Shown piece by piece: positions 63,861 to 64,000 of a stretch of 64,000 bases of DNA (positions are counted from its first letter, which is position 1; each line of letters starts with the position of its first letter). A program made the translations under genes and the position numbers. The notes beneath the pieces are model-generated. The model was not told the DNA's origin. It made no database searches and worked only from the letters and a program-made list of their open reading frames with translations. The stretch lies in contig MU058781.1 in the NCBI GenBank assembly GCA_013265495.1, positions 10,025,009 to 10,089,008 of the forward strand. Reading direction: 5' to 3'. This DNA is from Vicugna vicugna (Eukaryota).

Positions 63861-64000
63861 ATAATGTGCTTGCAAACAGCAAATTACAGTGCAGTGCGTG
63901 GAAGTGTTTGCCTTTTGATTGTCTCCAAGCCCCTCTGTAAAATTCGTATTTCCATCATTTGCTCTCCAACACTGTTATACCACAGCAGAGAAATAATCTA

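Noticed and set aside
1..64000. miRNA, tRNA, snRNA genes, tRNA-derived young SINEs and processed pseudogenes
   Set aside because: I looked by eye for common conserved mature miRNAs, A/B boxes and mRNA-like ORFs with poly-A and found none; an Infernal/Rfam scan is needed to exclude them

Overview
Mammalian (eutherian) genomic DNA, AT-rich and CpG-depleted, with no recognisable protein-coding gene, RNA gene or CRISPR array. It reads as intergenic or deep intronic. Much of the window is interspersed repeat: LINE-1 fragments of several ages, L2, MIR, MaLR/ERV LTRs, hAT-Charlie/Tip100 and Tigger DNA transposons, and microsatellites. The youngest L1 3' ends (TGACTGGGACATTATGCTGTACACCAGAAA...) and the apparent absence of Alu, SINEC, Bov-tA/BovB and PRE1 suggest a cetartiodactyl, probably a camelid. 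That is inferred from remembered consensus sequences, not from a search. The ORF track is spurious apart from decayed L1 ORF1/ORF2 remnants. I found no convincing new biological system. The most notable structures are: two internally deleted L1s (one a TSD-bounded ORF1 + 85-bp ORF2 + 3' tip unit, the other an in-frame ORF1/ORF2 fusion with a ~260-bp monomer array in its 5' UTR), several nested insertions with readable TSDs, local duplications including a probable templated insertion, a palindromic double TEAD site near CCAAT and YY1 motifs, CpG-retaining patches, and some unproven lncRNA-type exon candidates. Repeat family names come from recalled consensus sequences, and old-repeat boundaries are approximate.
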